Origin: Candidatus Omnitrophota bacterium
GTDB taxonomy: Bacteria > Omnitrophota > Gorgyraeia > 2-02-FULL-51-18
Reading direction: 5' to 3'
Assembly (NCBI GenBank): GCA_023247915.1
Contig: JAHFFN010000004.1
Span: 1 to 62,993 of the forward strand
DNA length: 62,993 bases
Below the pieces are notes generated by a model. That model was not told where the DNA came from. It was given only the letters and a program-made list of their open reading frames with translations, and did no database searches. Shown piece by piece: positions 18,281-27,200 of the stretch (the first letter of the stretch is position 1; each line of letters starts with the position of its first letter). Position numbers and translations under genes: made by a program.

Positions 18281-19780
18281 TTGGAGAATGACTGTTTGAG
18301 AAAAAAAATAGTCCCCGGATCTTTTGACATTGTTCTAGGCTTCGTTGTCCTTTTCGGCCTTTTTTTGAGGCTGTACCAACTCCAAGCGTCCAGCCTATGG
18401 CTCGATGAAATCATGACTTCCGGGCGCATCCAAACGCCTACCCGCGATATCCTTCACGATCTTCTTAAAACGCCGTTTCCACCGTTGTATTATGTGTTCA
18501 TGCATTATTGGACGGGATTCGCCGGGCTTTCGGTATACACCCTGCGCCTTCCTTCAGCGCTTTTTTCAACGTTGATCATTCCTGCGGCTTTTTTCTTCAC
18601 CCGGGAACTTTACGATAGAAAGACAGCGTTGACAGCGGCCTTCTTGCTGAGTCTGTCCCCATACGCGATTTTTTACGGACAGGACGCAAAAATGTACCCC
18701 TTGCTTTGGCTGTTAGGCATCTTATCGTTCTACTTTTTTTATCGAATGATGCGAGAAGGAAGGAAAAGCGATGTTTTTTGGCATTGTCTTGTTACGACAC
18801 TCGCGATCTACACGCTTTACATCGGCTTTGTATTTATTTTAATTCAGGTGGGGCTGTTTTTATTTTGGTCGCGACGCTTGCATTGGAAACAATACGTTTT
18901 AAGCCTGGCTTGCACGCTAATTCTTTTTTTTCCATGGGCCGCTATTTTTATCACGCAAGCGGCGCATCGGACGGGCATTCAGTGGATCCCTAACATTGGT
19001 ATAGGAGAGTTTTCGTTAAAGTTGATCCGGGAAATTATTTTTGGCCGGGGCTATCACAAACTGATTCAGCCGCCGAAGCCCATGCTGATCGCCGCCTTCG
19101 CGGGAATCTACATCCTGATCGGGTTATCCAATTTTATTCGATTAGACGGAGCTGGAAAGCGACGGAGGCTCTCCTTTGAATTCGAGCCGAACAGTGTTTT
19201 TGTGGCGTCCTTGGTGGCCGGAACACTCTTAATTTACGGATTGATTCATTGGGCGCATTATCCAATTTTAATTGTCCGGTATGTGGGATGGATTCATATT
19301 CCGCTGGCGATATTGGCGGCGCGCGCTTTGTGGCGATTTCGACCGCCGACTCGTGTTATTTTGTCGGTTTTTGTGATGGCGGGACTTTTATTTGCTGTGC
19401 ATTTTTATTATCGTCATGCAATAAAGACTTGGGAGGATTGGAAGGAAATGTTCGTAGTTCTGCAAAAAGAAATTTCCGAGACTCCGGATTCTCACCTTAT
19501 TGTTAGCTCGGTTTGCTCCCCCAGAATGCAACCTGTTTTTAATCGTGCCGTCCGTGTTTATAATGCTGGAAAGCCGCTGGAGGCAATGCATGAGGCGTTT
19601 TTTTTGAAGAATCGGAAAGAGTTGCTCAGTCAAAATTTCCGAAAGATTTTTATTGTTTATCGTAAGAAAGAAGCAGTTCCCGAGATCTCCCTGCAAGGAT
19701 ATGAGGCCGTCGACCATTCTTTTCTTGGGCAGATCGGGTTTCTGGAATTTAAGAAAGTGACGCCTCATGACGAAAAGTAG
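18281..19780 (+). CDS. GT-C fold membrane glycosyltransferase (GT39/GT83, PMT/ArnT-like), module A
   Basis: Polytopic protein with about 10 or more hydrophobic helices. After TM1 comes the loop motif SLWLDEIMTSG, the D-E motif typical of PMT_2/ArnT-type enzymes. TTG start. Confidence 0.75.
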   Translation: MENDCLRKKIVPGSFDIVLGFVVLFGLFLRLYQLQASSLWLDEIMTSGRIQTPTRDILHDLLKTPFPPLYYVFMHYWTGFAGLSVYTLRLPSALFSTLIIPAAFFFTRELYDRKTALTAAFLLSLSPYAIFYGQDAKMYPLLWLLGILSFYFFYRMMREGRKSDVFWHCLVTTLAIYTLYIGFVFILIQVGLFLFWSRRLHWKQYVLSLACTLILFFPWAAIFITQAAHRTGIQWIPNIGIGEFSLKLIREIIFGRGYHKLIQPPKPMLIAAFAGIYILIGLSNFIRLDGAGKRRRLSFEFEPNSVFVASLVAGTLLIYGLIHWAHYPILIVRYVGWIHIPLAILAARALWRFRPPTRVILSVFVMAGLLFAVHFYYRHAIKTWEDWKEMFVVLQKEISETPDSHLIVSSVCSPRMQPVFNRAVRVYNAGKPLEAMHEAFFLKNRKELLSQNFRKIFIVYRKKEAVPEISLQGYEAVDHSFLGQIGFLEFKKVTPHDEK

Positions 19781-20534
19781 CCCGATGAAATTTTCAATTA
19801 TCGTTCCTATTTTTAACGAGGAGAGAACCGTCGTCATTTTATTTGAGGCGATCCAAAAGACAATGGATCGACTTGATAAAAACTATGAAGTTATTTTTGT
19901 GAATGACGCTTCCACGGATCATAGCTGGGACTTGATGAGGCATTTGGCTGAAACCTCGCCGAAATTTGTGGCGGTGGATTTGGCCGGGCATCTAGGGAAG
20001 TCAGCCGCGATGCAGGCGGGGTTTGACGAGGCGCGCGGAGAATTTATTATCACGATGGACGGAGATTTACAGAATGATCCGGCGGATATTCCGAAACTCT
20101 TTGATAAATTACGGGAGGGTTATGATGTGGTTTGCGGCTGGCGACGCGTGCGATCGGACACCTATAAAAAGAAAATAGCATCTCTGGTGGCCGGCTCTTT
20201 CAGAAAAATGATCACCGGAGAGTCTCTTCATGATGTGGGCTGTCCTTTTAGGATTTTTAAACGCTCCGCCTTGGAACATGTCTATCTATCGGGCGGTTTG
20301 CACCGCCTTTTTGCGTTGATCATGAAAAAATCAGGCCGGCATATCGTCGAGGTGGAAGTCCGCGACCATCCGCGCTTATTCGGAAGGACGAAATTTAAAG
20401 ACAGAGCCAGGATTGTTGAGGGAGTCCGGGATTTGCTGAGGCTGTCTTTTTTTGATATTCAAAAGCTGATGAAGCGAAATTCCGATATTCTGATCAAGAG
20501 GATTTTAAAATCCGCCCCTTCAAATAATCTCTGA
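19767..20534 (+). CDS. GT2 polyprenyl-phosphate glycosyltransferase (ArnC/GtrB/DPM1-like), module A
   Basis: FSIIVPIFNEERTV, VIFVNDASTDHS, ITMDGDLQNDPADIPKL, CGWRRVRSD, PRLFGRTKFK. Start overlaps the GT-C gene end by 14 nt. No C-terminal TM helices. Confidence 0.85.
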   Translation: MTKSSPMKFSIIVPIFNEERTVVILFEAIQKTMDRLDKNYEVIFVNDASTDHSWDLMRHLAETSPKFVAVDLAGHLGKSAAMQAGFDEARGEFIITMDGDLQNDPADIPKLFDKLREGYDVVCGWRRVRSDTYKKKIASLVAGSFRKMITGESLHDVGCPFRIFKRSALEHVYLSGGLHRLFALIMKKSGRHIVEVEVRDHPRLFGRTKFKDRARIVEGVRDLLRLSFFDIQKLMKRNSDILIKRILKSAPSNNL

Positions 20535-21642
20535 TTGCCAACGCCGCTTTTTTGTGTCCCGAGTTATTCCAGTGATCGTTCTTGGAACTTAAATTTTTTG
20601 GCACATAATCAGATAGAGTGAGCGAATCGAGCAGATCCAGAGCTTGGATATTTAGTTTTTTAAGCAAAGTTCTGATTTTTTTGTAGTTGGTCGAAGCGAT
20701 GAGATGGTCTGTCGACTGCCAGAAATCCGGGATAAGAATGACCCCCAAAGGAATGTTTCTTTGATGGGTTTCCGTCACGATTTCTTTCAAATAACCTTCG
20801 GTGGCTATTACGCCTTTTTCTCGGATAACGTTGTGATCAATCAAACCCGGATGAATCATTTTAGAAATTTTTCCCCATAAACCTGCTTTGGTAGCGGCGG
20901 TTTTGCAGAGTGCCCCCAAGCGGGTATGATAGATGAAATGGATCCACAAGGTATTCTTTTTGTGGCAGTACAGCGCTTGGTAGCAGCGAAGAACTTCATC
21001 CCCGGATCTTTTTCTGACGAGCACTTCTTTGGACTTAGTGGTTGATAACTGATAATTATTTACCCATTGCCGAGAAAGTTCAGTGTAACGATTCAGTGGG
21101 GTCAAATTATCCGTCAAATCATTGCCACTATAGATGGCCAAGAGGACGGCTTGGGGCTTGAGAAGCTCGTCATATTTTTTGAGAACCGCCAATTCGTTAT
21201 TTTGCCCGTAGCCGCCGACGCCGGTATTGACGAAGAGTATTTTTTGATTCTCAAAATAACGGTTTAAGTGATCGACATATCCTTGACCCTGATCGGCATT
21301 GAATCCTTGTGTAAAACTGTCTCCCAGCACAAGAACACAACTCCAATCCGGATGGGTTTTTATGAATTCAATCTGAGAAGCTAATTTAGAAGTGCCTTTG
21401 GTATACCCAAGATCCTTATCCGGCTTTAAATCGCCATAAATTCCAAGAGTTAATTTCATTTTAATGGCTTTGTCCATAGAATCACAGCCGCAAAGCGGAT
21501 CGTGATTGCTTAAGAGTTTTTTTGCGGGTGAAGGCGGAGCCAGAATGGGGTAATTCAGACGCATCAAAATTTTTTCTGACGCGTACAGCGAAAAGGATAG
21601 CGCTAAAATAAATAAAATAAAACCTTGAAGAATTTTATTCAA
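20494..21642 (-). CDS. Membrane-anchored SGNH/GDSL hydrolase-fold protein, paralog c
   Basis: TTG start. Anchor ILQGFILFILALSFSLYA. Block I CVLVLGDSFTQGFN, NTGVGGYGQNNE, block V-like KNDHWNNSGHKKAALAI. Converges on the GT2 gene with a 41-nt overlap. Confidence 0.8.
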   Translation of the reverse strand: MNKILQGFILFILALSFSLYASEKILMRLNYPILAPPSPAKKLLSNHDPLCGCDSMDKAIKMKLTLGIYGDLKPDKDLGYTKGTSKLASQIEFIKTHPDWSCVLVLGDSFTQGFNADQGQGYVDHLNRYFENQKILFVNTGVGGYGQNNELAVLKKYDELLKPQAVLLAIYSGNDLTDNLTPLNRYTELSRQWVNNYQLSTTKSKEVLVRKRSGDEVLRCYQALYCHKKNTLWIHFIYHTRLGALCKTAATKAGLWGKISKMIHPGLIDHNVIREKGVIATEGYLKEIVTETHQRNIPLGVILIPDFWQSTDHLIASTNYKKIRTLLKKLNIQALDLLDSLTLSDYVPKNLSSKNDHWNNSGHKKAALAIRDYLKGRILKSS

Positions 21643-21643
21643 A

Positions 21644-22198
21644 TTACAGCGAAGCGGGGGTTAGAAGCGACAAGACCCAGGTTTCAGATTTGGCGGTGTT
21701 TCTGAGGTGATGAGGGGTCGAGGCGTGAAAATAAAGACATTCGGCAGTATTTAATGACCTTTTTTCTTTTCCAAAAACAAGCTCGATGGATCCCTTAAGA
21801 ACATAGATAAAACGTTCGGAAACAGTGGAATATTCCTCTGTCTCTGTGTGACCCTTGGGCTTGATCTTGAGAAGCACGGGCATCATTTTCTTTTGAAGGG
21901 AGCCTGAGATGAGAAGCTCCGCGACGGCACCACTAGAGTGGGAAAAGGTTTCGAGTTTTTGACGGGCGGCTTTTTCTTTGGCGGCGTGAAGCTTATCCAC
22001 GACCTCGTCATAAAGATCGGACAGGCGTATACCCAGCGCATCGGCGATCAGCATGTGGGAATCGAGAGTGCCGGTCATCTTACCGTTTTCCATGCGGCTT
22101 AGACTCGCCTGATCAATGCCGGTAGACTTGGCAAGCTCCACCAGGGTGAGCTTCCGGGACTTGCGTAAATGATGAATTCGATCGCCGAGGCCTTTCAT
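21644..22198 (-). CDS. XRE-family HTH regulator with C-terminal cupin domain
   Basis: HTH_3: LGDRIHHLRKSRKLTLVELAKSTGIDQASLSRMENGK. Cupin: FIYVLKGSIELVFGKEKRSLNTAECLYFHASTPHHLRN. Its stop lies 1 nt before the start of SGNH paralog c. Confidence 0.85.
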   Translation of the reverse strand: MKGLGDRIHHLRKSRKLTLVELAKSTGIDQASLSRMENGKMTGTLDSHMLIADALGIRLSDLYDEVVDKLHAAKEKAARQKLETFSHSSGAVAELLISGSLQKKMMPVLLKIKPKGHTETEEYSTVSERFIYVLKGSIELVFGKEKRSLNTAECLYFHASTPHHLRNTAKSETWVLSLLTPASL

Positions 22199-22274
22199 AT
22201 AAGAATAGTCTAATCTATTTTTGAGGAATAATCAAATGTCGGGAGGCTTGACATGGGGTGTGAATTGAGTAAAA

Positions 22275-23864
22275 GTGGCTCTTATGGCTCCCGCGAAAAA
22301 TACGGCAATCGCTATCTTGATGTGCGTAGTTATTTCTCTTTTTTTATTTTTCGAGCTAAAACCCTCCCTTGAAACGCCGGACATCAGTGCTGATGAGGGC
22401 TTATCCTACAGCACAACCGTGTTCTTGATGAATAATGTATCTGAGAACCCATTTCACTGGAAAGAAGTTGTATTTTTTGGACGGCATTATCCTTTAACAA
22501 GTAACGGCTGGAATCATGGCGCTCTGGAGTCGTACCTGATTTTTCCTGCCGTAAAGATTTTTGGAATCCACTTGTGGTCGTTAAGGATTATCCCTATATT
22601 TTTTGGGGTTCTAATTATTATTTTGACCTATGCCGTCGGTAGCCGCTTGTTTTCGCCGGCAGTCGGCCTTATTTCCTCTTCGCTTCTAGCGCTAAATCCA
22701 TTTTATATCACGGCAGTTAAGTTAGGCCCAAGCCTCGGTTTTTCTTTGCCTATGTTTTCTTTGATCGCGTTACTATCTTTGTGGAAATATCTTAAGACGG
22801 AAAAGAATCAGTTTTTATATTTGACGGCGTTTTCTCTTGGAGTGGGATTGAACGCAAAGGGATTTTTTGTTTGGTTTATTATCGGTTTTTTATTAAGCAC
22901 GTTATTCTGTTATTGGAATGTTCTGCGGAGAATAAAATATAAATCTATCGGTTTGACGGCGTTAGTTTTTTTTATAGGGGCATTTCCCGCTTTATGTTTC
23001 TACTATTCCAGCAGTGTTATGCGCATCGTAGCGCATTCCGGGGCACACGCGACCTATTTGGGGCATGACAATTTACGGATTTTAGAAAATTTAATAGTAC
23101 GACTAAAGCAACTTCGATTTATTTTGGGAGGTGAAAAGTGGGAGAATTTATTTTCAATAAATTTTCCGGTTGTCCTGTTTTGGCTTAGTTTTTTTTATAT
23201 CGCGCGCTTGATCATTTTTGGGGAAATGAGCCCAGAGAAAAAACAAATACGGCACTTATTTCTTATTATTTTATTTGTCGCAACAACCTCCACCTTTTCT
23301 TTCACAGGCCTCTGGCGCGTTCATTGGTGCATTCTTATGCCTTATTTGCAATTTCTTATCGCGGTGGCAATGGTTGAGATTTTTAAGTTAAGAAATTCTC
23401 TAAGCAGAGTTTTTGTTTCGACGTGTTTGATTTTGCTTTTGACGTGTTATTCAAATTTATTGATTTTGAGATACCACCAACACTCTCTTGAAAAAAAATC
23501 GTCGGGCACATGCAGTATCGGTGCGCTTACTCGCTGGCTGATCGATAATAAATATTCCGAGCCTGTGTCGTTTGACCCCAATGTTCATTTCGGATTAAGA
23601 ATATTCTCCGGGCTTAAAATGTGCAACCGGGAAACTATTTGTTGGCCCGATGAAAAAGACGCGAGAGAAATTATATACCGATCTTTGAGTCAGCCTAACA
23701 ATGGACGTGTTTTTATCGCGTCTTACATTAGGCCGCAACAGAAGGTAAACGAGTTTATCCAGTTTTCATTGGAGGAATTAAAGAAAAAGATGGTTATTGT
23801 CAAAGACTTTACGGATCCGGACACGGGGAAACTAAGATTCAGAGTTTTTGGTGTCACGGATTAG
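22275..23864 (+). CDS. GT-C fold membrane glycosyltransferase (PMT/ArnT-like), module B
   Basis: Polytopic. After TM1 comes the loop PDISADEGLSYSTT (D-E motif). Start is GTG 22275 or ATG 22284. Confidence 0.7.
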   Translation: MALMAPAKNTAIAILMCVVISLFLFFELKPSLETPDISADEGLSYSTTVFLMNNVSENPFHWKEVVFFGRHYPLTSNGWNHGALESYLIFPAVKIFGIHLWSLRIIPIFFGVLIIILTYAVGSRLFSPAVGLISSSLLALNPFYITAVKLGPSLGFSLPMFSLIALLSLWKYLKTEKNQFLYLTAFSLGVGLNAKGFFVWFIIGFLLSTLFCYWNVLRRIKYKSIGLTALVFFIGAFPALCFYYSSSVMRIVAHSGAHATYLGHDNLRILENLIVRLKQLRFILGGEKWENLFSINFPVVLFWLSFFYIARLIIFGEMSPEKKQIRHLFLIILFVATTSTFSFTGLWRVHWCILMPYLQFLIAVAMVEIFKLRNSLSRVFVSTCLILLLTCYSNLLILRYHQHSLEKKSSGTCSIGALTRWLIDNKYSEPVSFDPNVHFGLRIFSGLKMCNRETICWPDEKDAREIIYRSLSQPNNGRVFIASYIRPQQKVNEFIQFSLEELKKKMVIVKDFTDPDTGKLRFRVFGVTD

Positions 23865-23868
23865 AAAG

Positions 23869-25623
23869 ATGGAAATGAATGTTTTTTTGAGCGGGCTCAA
23901 ATACTCGGTCGTGATTCCTGTTTATAACGAAGAGGAATCAATCGAGCCGCTTAGTCTTGCGCTTAAAGCGCTGTTTGCAGGCGTAGATCACGAAATAATT
24001 TTTATCAATGACGGCTCCAGCGACGGCACCCTTTCGCGTTTGAACGCAGTAGCCAAAAGTTATCCCCAAATGAGTATTTTAAATTTACCCGTTAACTCCG
24101 GTCAGGGAAAAGCCTTGGAGAAGGGGATGGCTACGTCAACCGGCGATATCATTATCACGATGGACGGAGATTTGCAGAATGACCCTTTGGATATCATCAA
24201 ATTACTGCGAGCCATGAACGATGGTTTTGACCTTGTGTGCGGATGGAGGCAATCAAGACAGGATGCGTTTATTAAAAAATTTAAATCCATGATTGCCAAT
24301 CGCTTCCAGAGAGTGGTCACGGGCATCAAGATTCATGATATGAGTTGTTCATTGAGAGTATTTAGGAGATGGGTTTTGAAAGATGTTCACTTTAAGAGGA
24401 AGAACGACTTCTGTTTTTTTCCTTTGCTGGTCACTTTTAACAAGAAAGTAAGGATCTCGGAAGTTCCAATCAAAGGTAACCCCCGACAATACGGCCGGAC
24501 AAAGTATAAGACGATGCCTGTGATTATGGGAGTGGCGCGCGATTATTTTTCATTGGTGTTTAGCAGGTTTAGGATTCTTAGAACACTGTTTATTATTTGT
24601 TGCTACGCTTTGATATTGGAAGGAGCCGCGAGACTGATTATCATGAAGTGGGCGGTCTATCCGCGCCCCGTGTCTCTATGTCAATGCGATGTCACTTGGA
24701 GATGGGAGTGGGAGCAGAGGCATAAGAAAGGCACCCGCGTGTTTTATGGTTTCGATAGGTATGATCCCACCAGAGGATGGGCACTGCAATCAGGGGTGTC
24801 CAACAGACATTTTTTTGGCGGTAAGACCGTCAATTCCAATTCAAAGGGTATCCGAGGAAAAACCGAATACACCTACTCTAAAAAAGAAAATAAGCCGCGC
24901 CTATTAATCTTGGGGGATTCTTTCACTTTTGGCGATGGTGTCAATAATAATGAAACTTACCCGTATTATTTGCAACAGAAGTTGCCCGATGCCGAAGTGA
25001 TTAACTTTGGTGTGCACGGGTATGGACATGATCAAATGCTGATTTATCTTAAGGAGGAGGGCGTGAAGTACAGGCCTGACATTGTTATTCTGGGCTATAT
25101 GTCGACTGACTCCGAAAGAAACATGTTAAATTTTAGAGATTATGCAAAGCCAAAATTCCGTTTGAAGGGCGACCGCCTAATGCTTTGCGATAGCCCAGTC
25201 CCTTCTATCGATAGGGTGCTACGGGACATCCGGTGGGAATCAAAATTTTTTTCCATTCTCAATATTCTTGGGCATCAGCTTTTTTATAAAACAGAATTCT
25301 ATAAAAGACAGGAGAAAGAATTAACTTTAGGCATCCTCAAAGAAATAGCGGCCACTTCAAAAAATATCGGAGCGGTGCCAATCTTTGCGTATCTATCCAA
25401 TGTTAGATACGGGGGAGCTCTTGAGGCGATGACACGCGAAGAGGAAGATTTTTCAAAGGATTGTAAAGAAATAGGGGTAGATTGCGTTTTTTTAAGGCAG
25501 AATGTTCAGCGAGAGACGGAAAAGGGCCTTCAGATAGAGATGGCGGGCCACTTTGACGCAAAGACGTACGAGATTATCGCCTCCGGCATCAAAGAATATC
25601 TCATTAGTCACAACCTCCTCTAA
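23869..25623 (+). CDS. Fusion protein: GT2 polyprenyl-phosphate glycosyltransferase + TM helix + SGNH domain (paralog d), module B
   Basis: N-terminal: YSVVIPVYNEEESI, IIFINDGSSDGT, ITMDGDLQNDPLDIIKL, PRQYGRTKYK. TM: ILRTLFIICCYALILEGAARLII. C-terminal: NSNSKGIRGKTEY, LLILGDSFTFGDG (block I), NFGVHGYGHDQM, MAGHFDAKTYEIIA. Confidence 0.85.
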   Translation: MEMNVFLSGLKYSVVIPVYNEEESIEPLSLALKALFAGVDHEIIFINDGSSDGTLSRLNAVAKSYPQMSILNLPVNSGQGKALEKGMATSTGDIIITMDGDLQNDPLDIIKLLRAMNDGFDLVCGWRQSRQDAFIKKFKSMIANRFQRVVTGIKIHDMSCSLRVFRRWVLKDVHFKRKNDFCFFPLLVTFNKKVRISEVPIKGNPRQYGRTKYKTMPVIMGVARDYFSLVFSRFRILRTLFIICCYALILEGAARLIIMKWAVYPRPVSLCQCDVTWRWEWEQRHKKGTRVFYGFDRYDPTRGWALQSGVSNRHFFGGKTVNSNSKGIRGKTEYTYSKKENKPRLLILGDSFTFGDGVNNNETYPYYLQQKLPDAEVINFGVHGYGHDQMLIYLKEEGVKYRPDIVILGYMSTDSERNMLNFRDYAKPKFRLKGDRLMLCDSPVPSIDRVLRDIRWESKFFSILNILGHQLFYKTEFYKRQEKELTLGILKEIAATSKNIGAVPIFAYLSNVRYGGALEAMTREEEDFSKDCKEIGVDCVFLRQNVQRETEKGLQIEMAGHFDAKTYEIIASGIKEYLISHNLL

Positions 25624-25646
25624 TTTTGAAAAGCGATCAAATTGAT

Positions 25647-26381
25647 TTATGATTTTGGATGTTTGGGCTGAATATGGGGCGGAGAGGATTGGGAGGCTTC
25701 GTACAGGGGAAGCACGTCGGCCGTATCACCTTCCGCTTTCACGCGGCCTTGCTCAAGCCACAAGACTCTATCTGCCAGTTTTTGAATGTGAAGCGCGGAA
25801 TGAGAAGTAAAAAGAATCGTCTTTCCGGATTGTTTTAGATCCAGAAGCCGCCCAAAACTTTTTTTCTGAAAGTCTTTGTCGCCAACTGCCAGACTCTCGT
25901 CAAGCAAGAAAACGTCGGCGGAGAGCTCTGTGGCGATCGCGAAAGCCAGTCGCGAACGCATGCCGGTGGAATAAAATTTAAGCGGCATATCCAAGAAATC
26001 TTCAAGCTCGGAAAACTCGATCATGGTTCGGAAGAGGTTTTTCCGCAAGTCCACCGGCACATGAAAGATTTGGAATATAAAATCAATGTTGTCTTTGGCG
26101 GTCAAAACGCTGCTCATGGAGCTTTCGATGGATATCAGAGGAGCTCGGACGCCTCGAATGCTGACACGGCCCTTGCTCGCCTGGGTGACACCCGCAATAA
26201 GTTTTAATGCGGTCGACTTTCCGCAGCCGTTAGTTCCCACGAAAGCGATGGACTCGCCCTGTTGCACGGAAAAATTAATTTCTTGGAGTGACCAAAAATA
26301 GCTGGGTTTAAAGATGGAAAAATCTTTTTTAGGGTATTCTTTCCAGACATTGGAAAATTGAATGACCGGAGGCGTATTCAC
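25647..26381 (-). CDS. wzt: Polysaccharide-export ABC transporter ATP-binding protein (Wzt/TagH type, short form without a C-terminal glycan-binding domain)
   Basis: Walker A GTNGCGKST, signature-like YSTGMRSRLAFAIA, Walker B VFLLDESLAVGD, H-loop FTSHS. GTG start directly follows the wzm stop. Confidence 0.85.
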   Translation of the reverse strand: MNTPPVIQFSNVWKEYPKKDFSIFKPSYFWSLQEINFSVQQGESIAFVGTNGCGKSTALKLIAGVTQASKGRVSIRGVRAPLISIESSMSSVLTAKDNIDFIFQIFHVPVDLRKNLFRTMIEFSELEDFLDMPLKFYSTGMRSRLAFAIATELSADVFLLDESLAVGDKDFQKKSFGRLLDLKQSGKTILFTSHSALHIQKLADRVLWLEQGRVKAEGDTADVLPLYEASQSSPPHIQPKHPKS

Positions 26382-27140
26382 TTAGAGAACATCCGCGATA
26401 TTTCCGCTGAGTTTTTTAAATTGAGAGAAACCGAAGATAAAAATAACAATAGACCACAAAATAGACGGCACCAAATCGACTGCCAGCGGCGCCTGATTGT
26501 GAAGCACGATTCCGCGCGCGGATGCAATGATGCCGCACATCGGGTTGATCCAAAAAATCCAACCCATTTTTTGTTTTAAGATTTCAGCCGAGTAGACAAC
26601 GGGCGTCAAAAACATCCAACCAAATAAAATGGTCGGTAGGATGTTTTGTATCTCACGAACGTAGGGGGTAATGCAGGCCAATAAAAATGCCAACCCCAGC
26701 GTCAAAAGGCATTGAATAAAAAATACCGGGATTAGATATAAAACGTTGATACCCGGCAGGTGATGAAATACGCCTAAAAATCCGGTCAAAATCAGCAATG
26801 AAGCGATTAAGGGAACCGCCTGTGTGAGGAGAACTGAGGCGGGGATCGTCATCATAGGAATCCGGAGCCTTGAAATCAGCGGTTGATTATTTGCCAGGCA
26901 GGTGCAGGAGATGACCAACGTTGATGCCGTGAAGCTCCAAAACACGAGAGCGCAGTAATTAAAAACAGGATAAGGGACGCCTTCTGAGTGAGTTTGAATG
27001 ATCTTGGTGAAAACAACCGTGAACACCAGCAAACTAAAAAACGGTTGGATGGTGGGCGAGAAAATCGACATAAACCGCGATTTGTAACGGGTTTTTAAAT
27101 CACGAGTGGCCAAAGCCCAGATAATGCGAAAAATAGACAT
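26382..27140 (-). CDS. wzm: ABC-2 type polysaccharide-export permease (Wzm/TagG type)
   Basis: 252 aa with about 6 TM helices. N-terminal IWALATRDLKTRYKSRFMS is typical of ABC-2 permeases. Translationally adjacent to wzt. Confidence 0.8.
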   Translation of the reverse strand: MSIFRIIWALATRDLKTRYKSRFMSIFSPTIQPFFSLLVFTVVFTKIIQTHSEGVPYPVFNYCALVFWSFTASTLVISCTCLANNQPLISRLRIPMMTIPASVLLTQAVPLIASLLILTGFLGVFHHLPGINVLYLIPVFFIQCLLTLGLAFLLACITPYVREIQNILPTILFGWMFLTPVVYSAEILKQKMGWIFWINPMCGIIASARGIVLHNQAPLAVDLVPSILWSIVIFIFGFSQFKKLSGNIADVL

Positions 27141-27200
27141 GAAAGCATTGTAGCGGCTTTGGGGGAATTTTTCAAAAAATTATTGTATACTAGCCCTACC

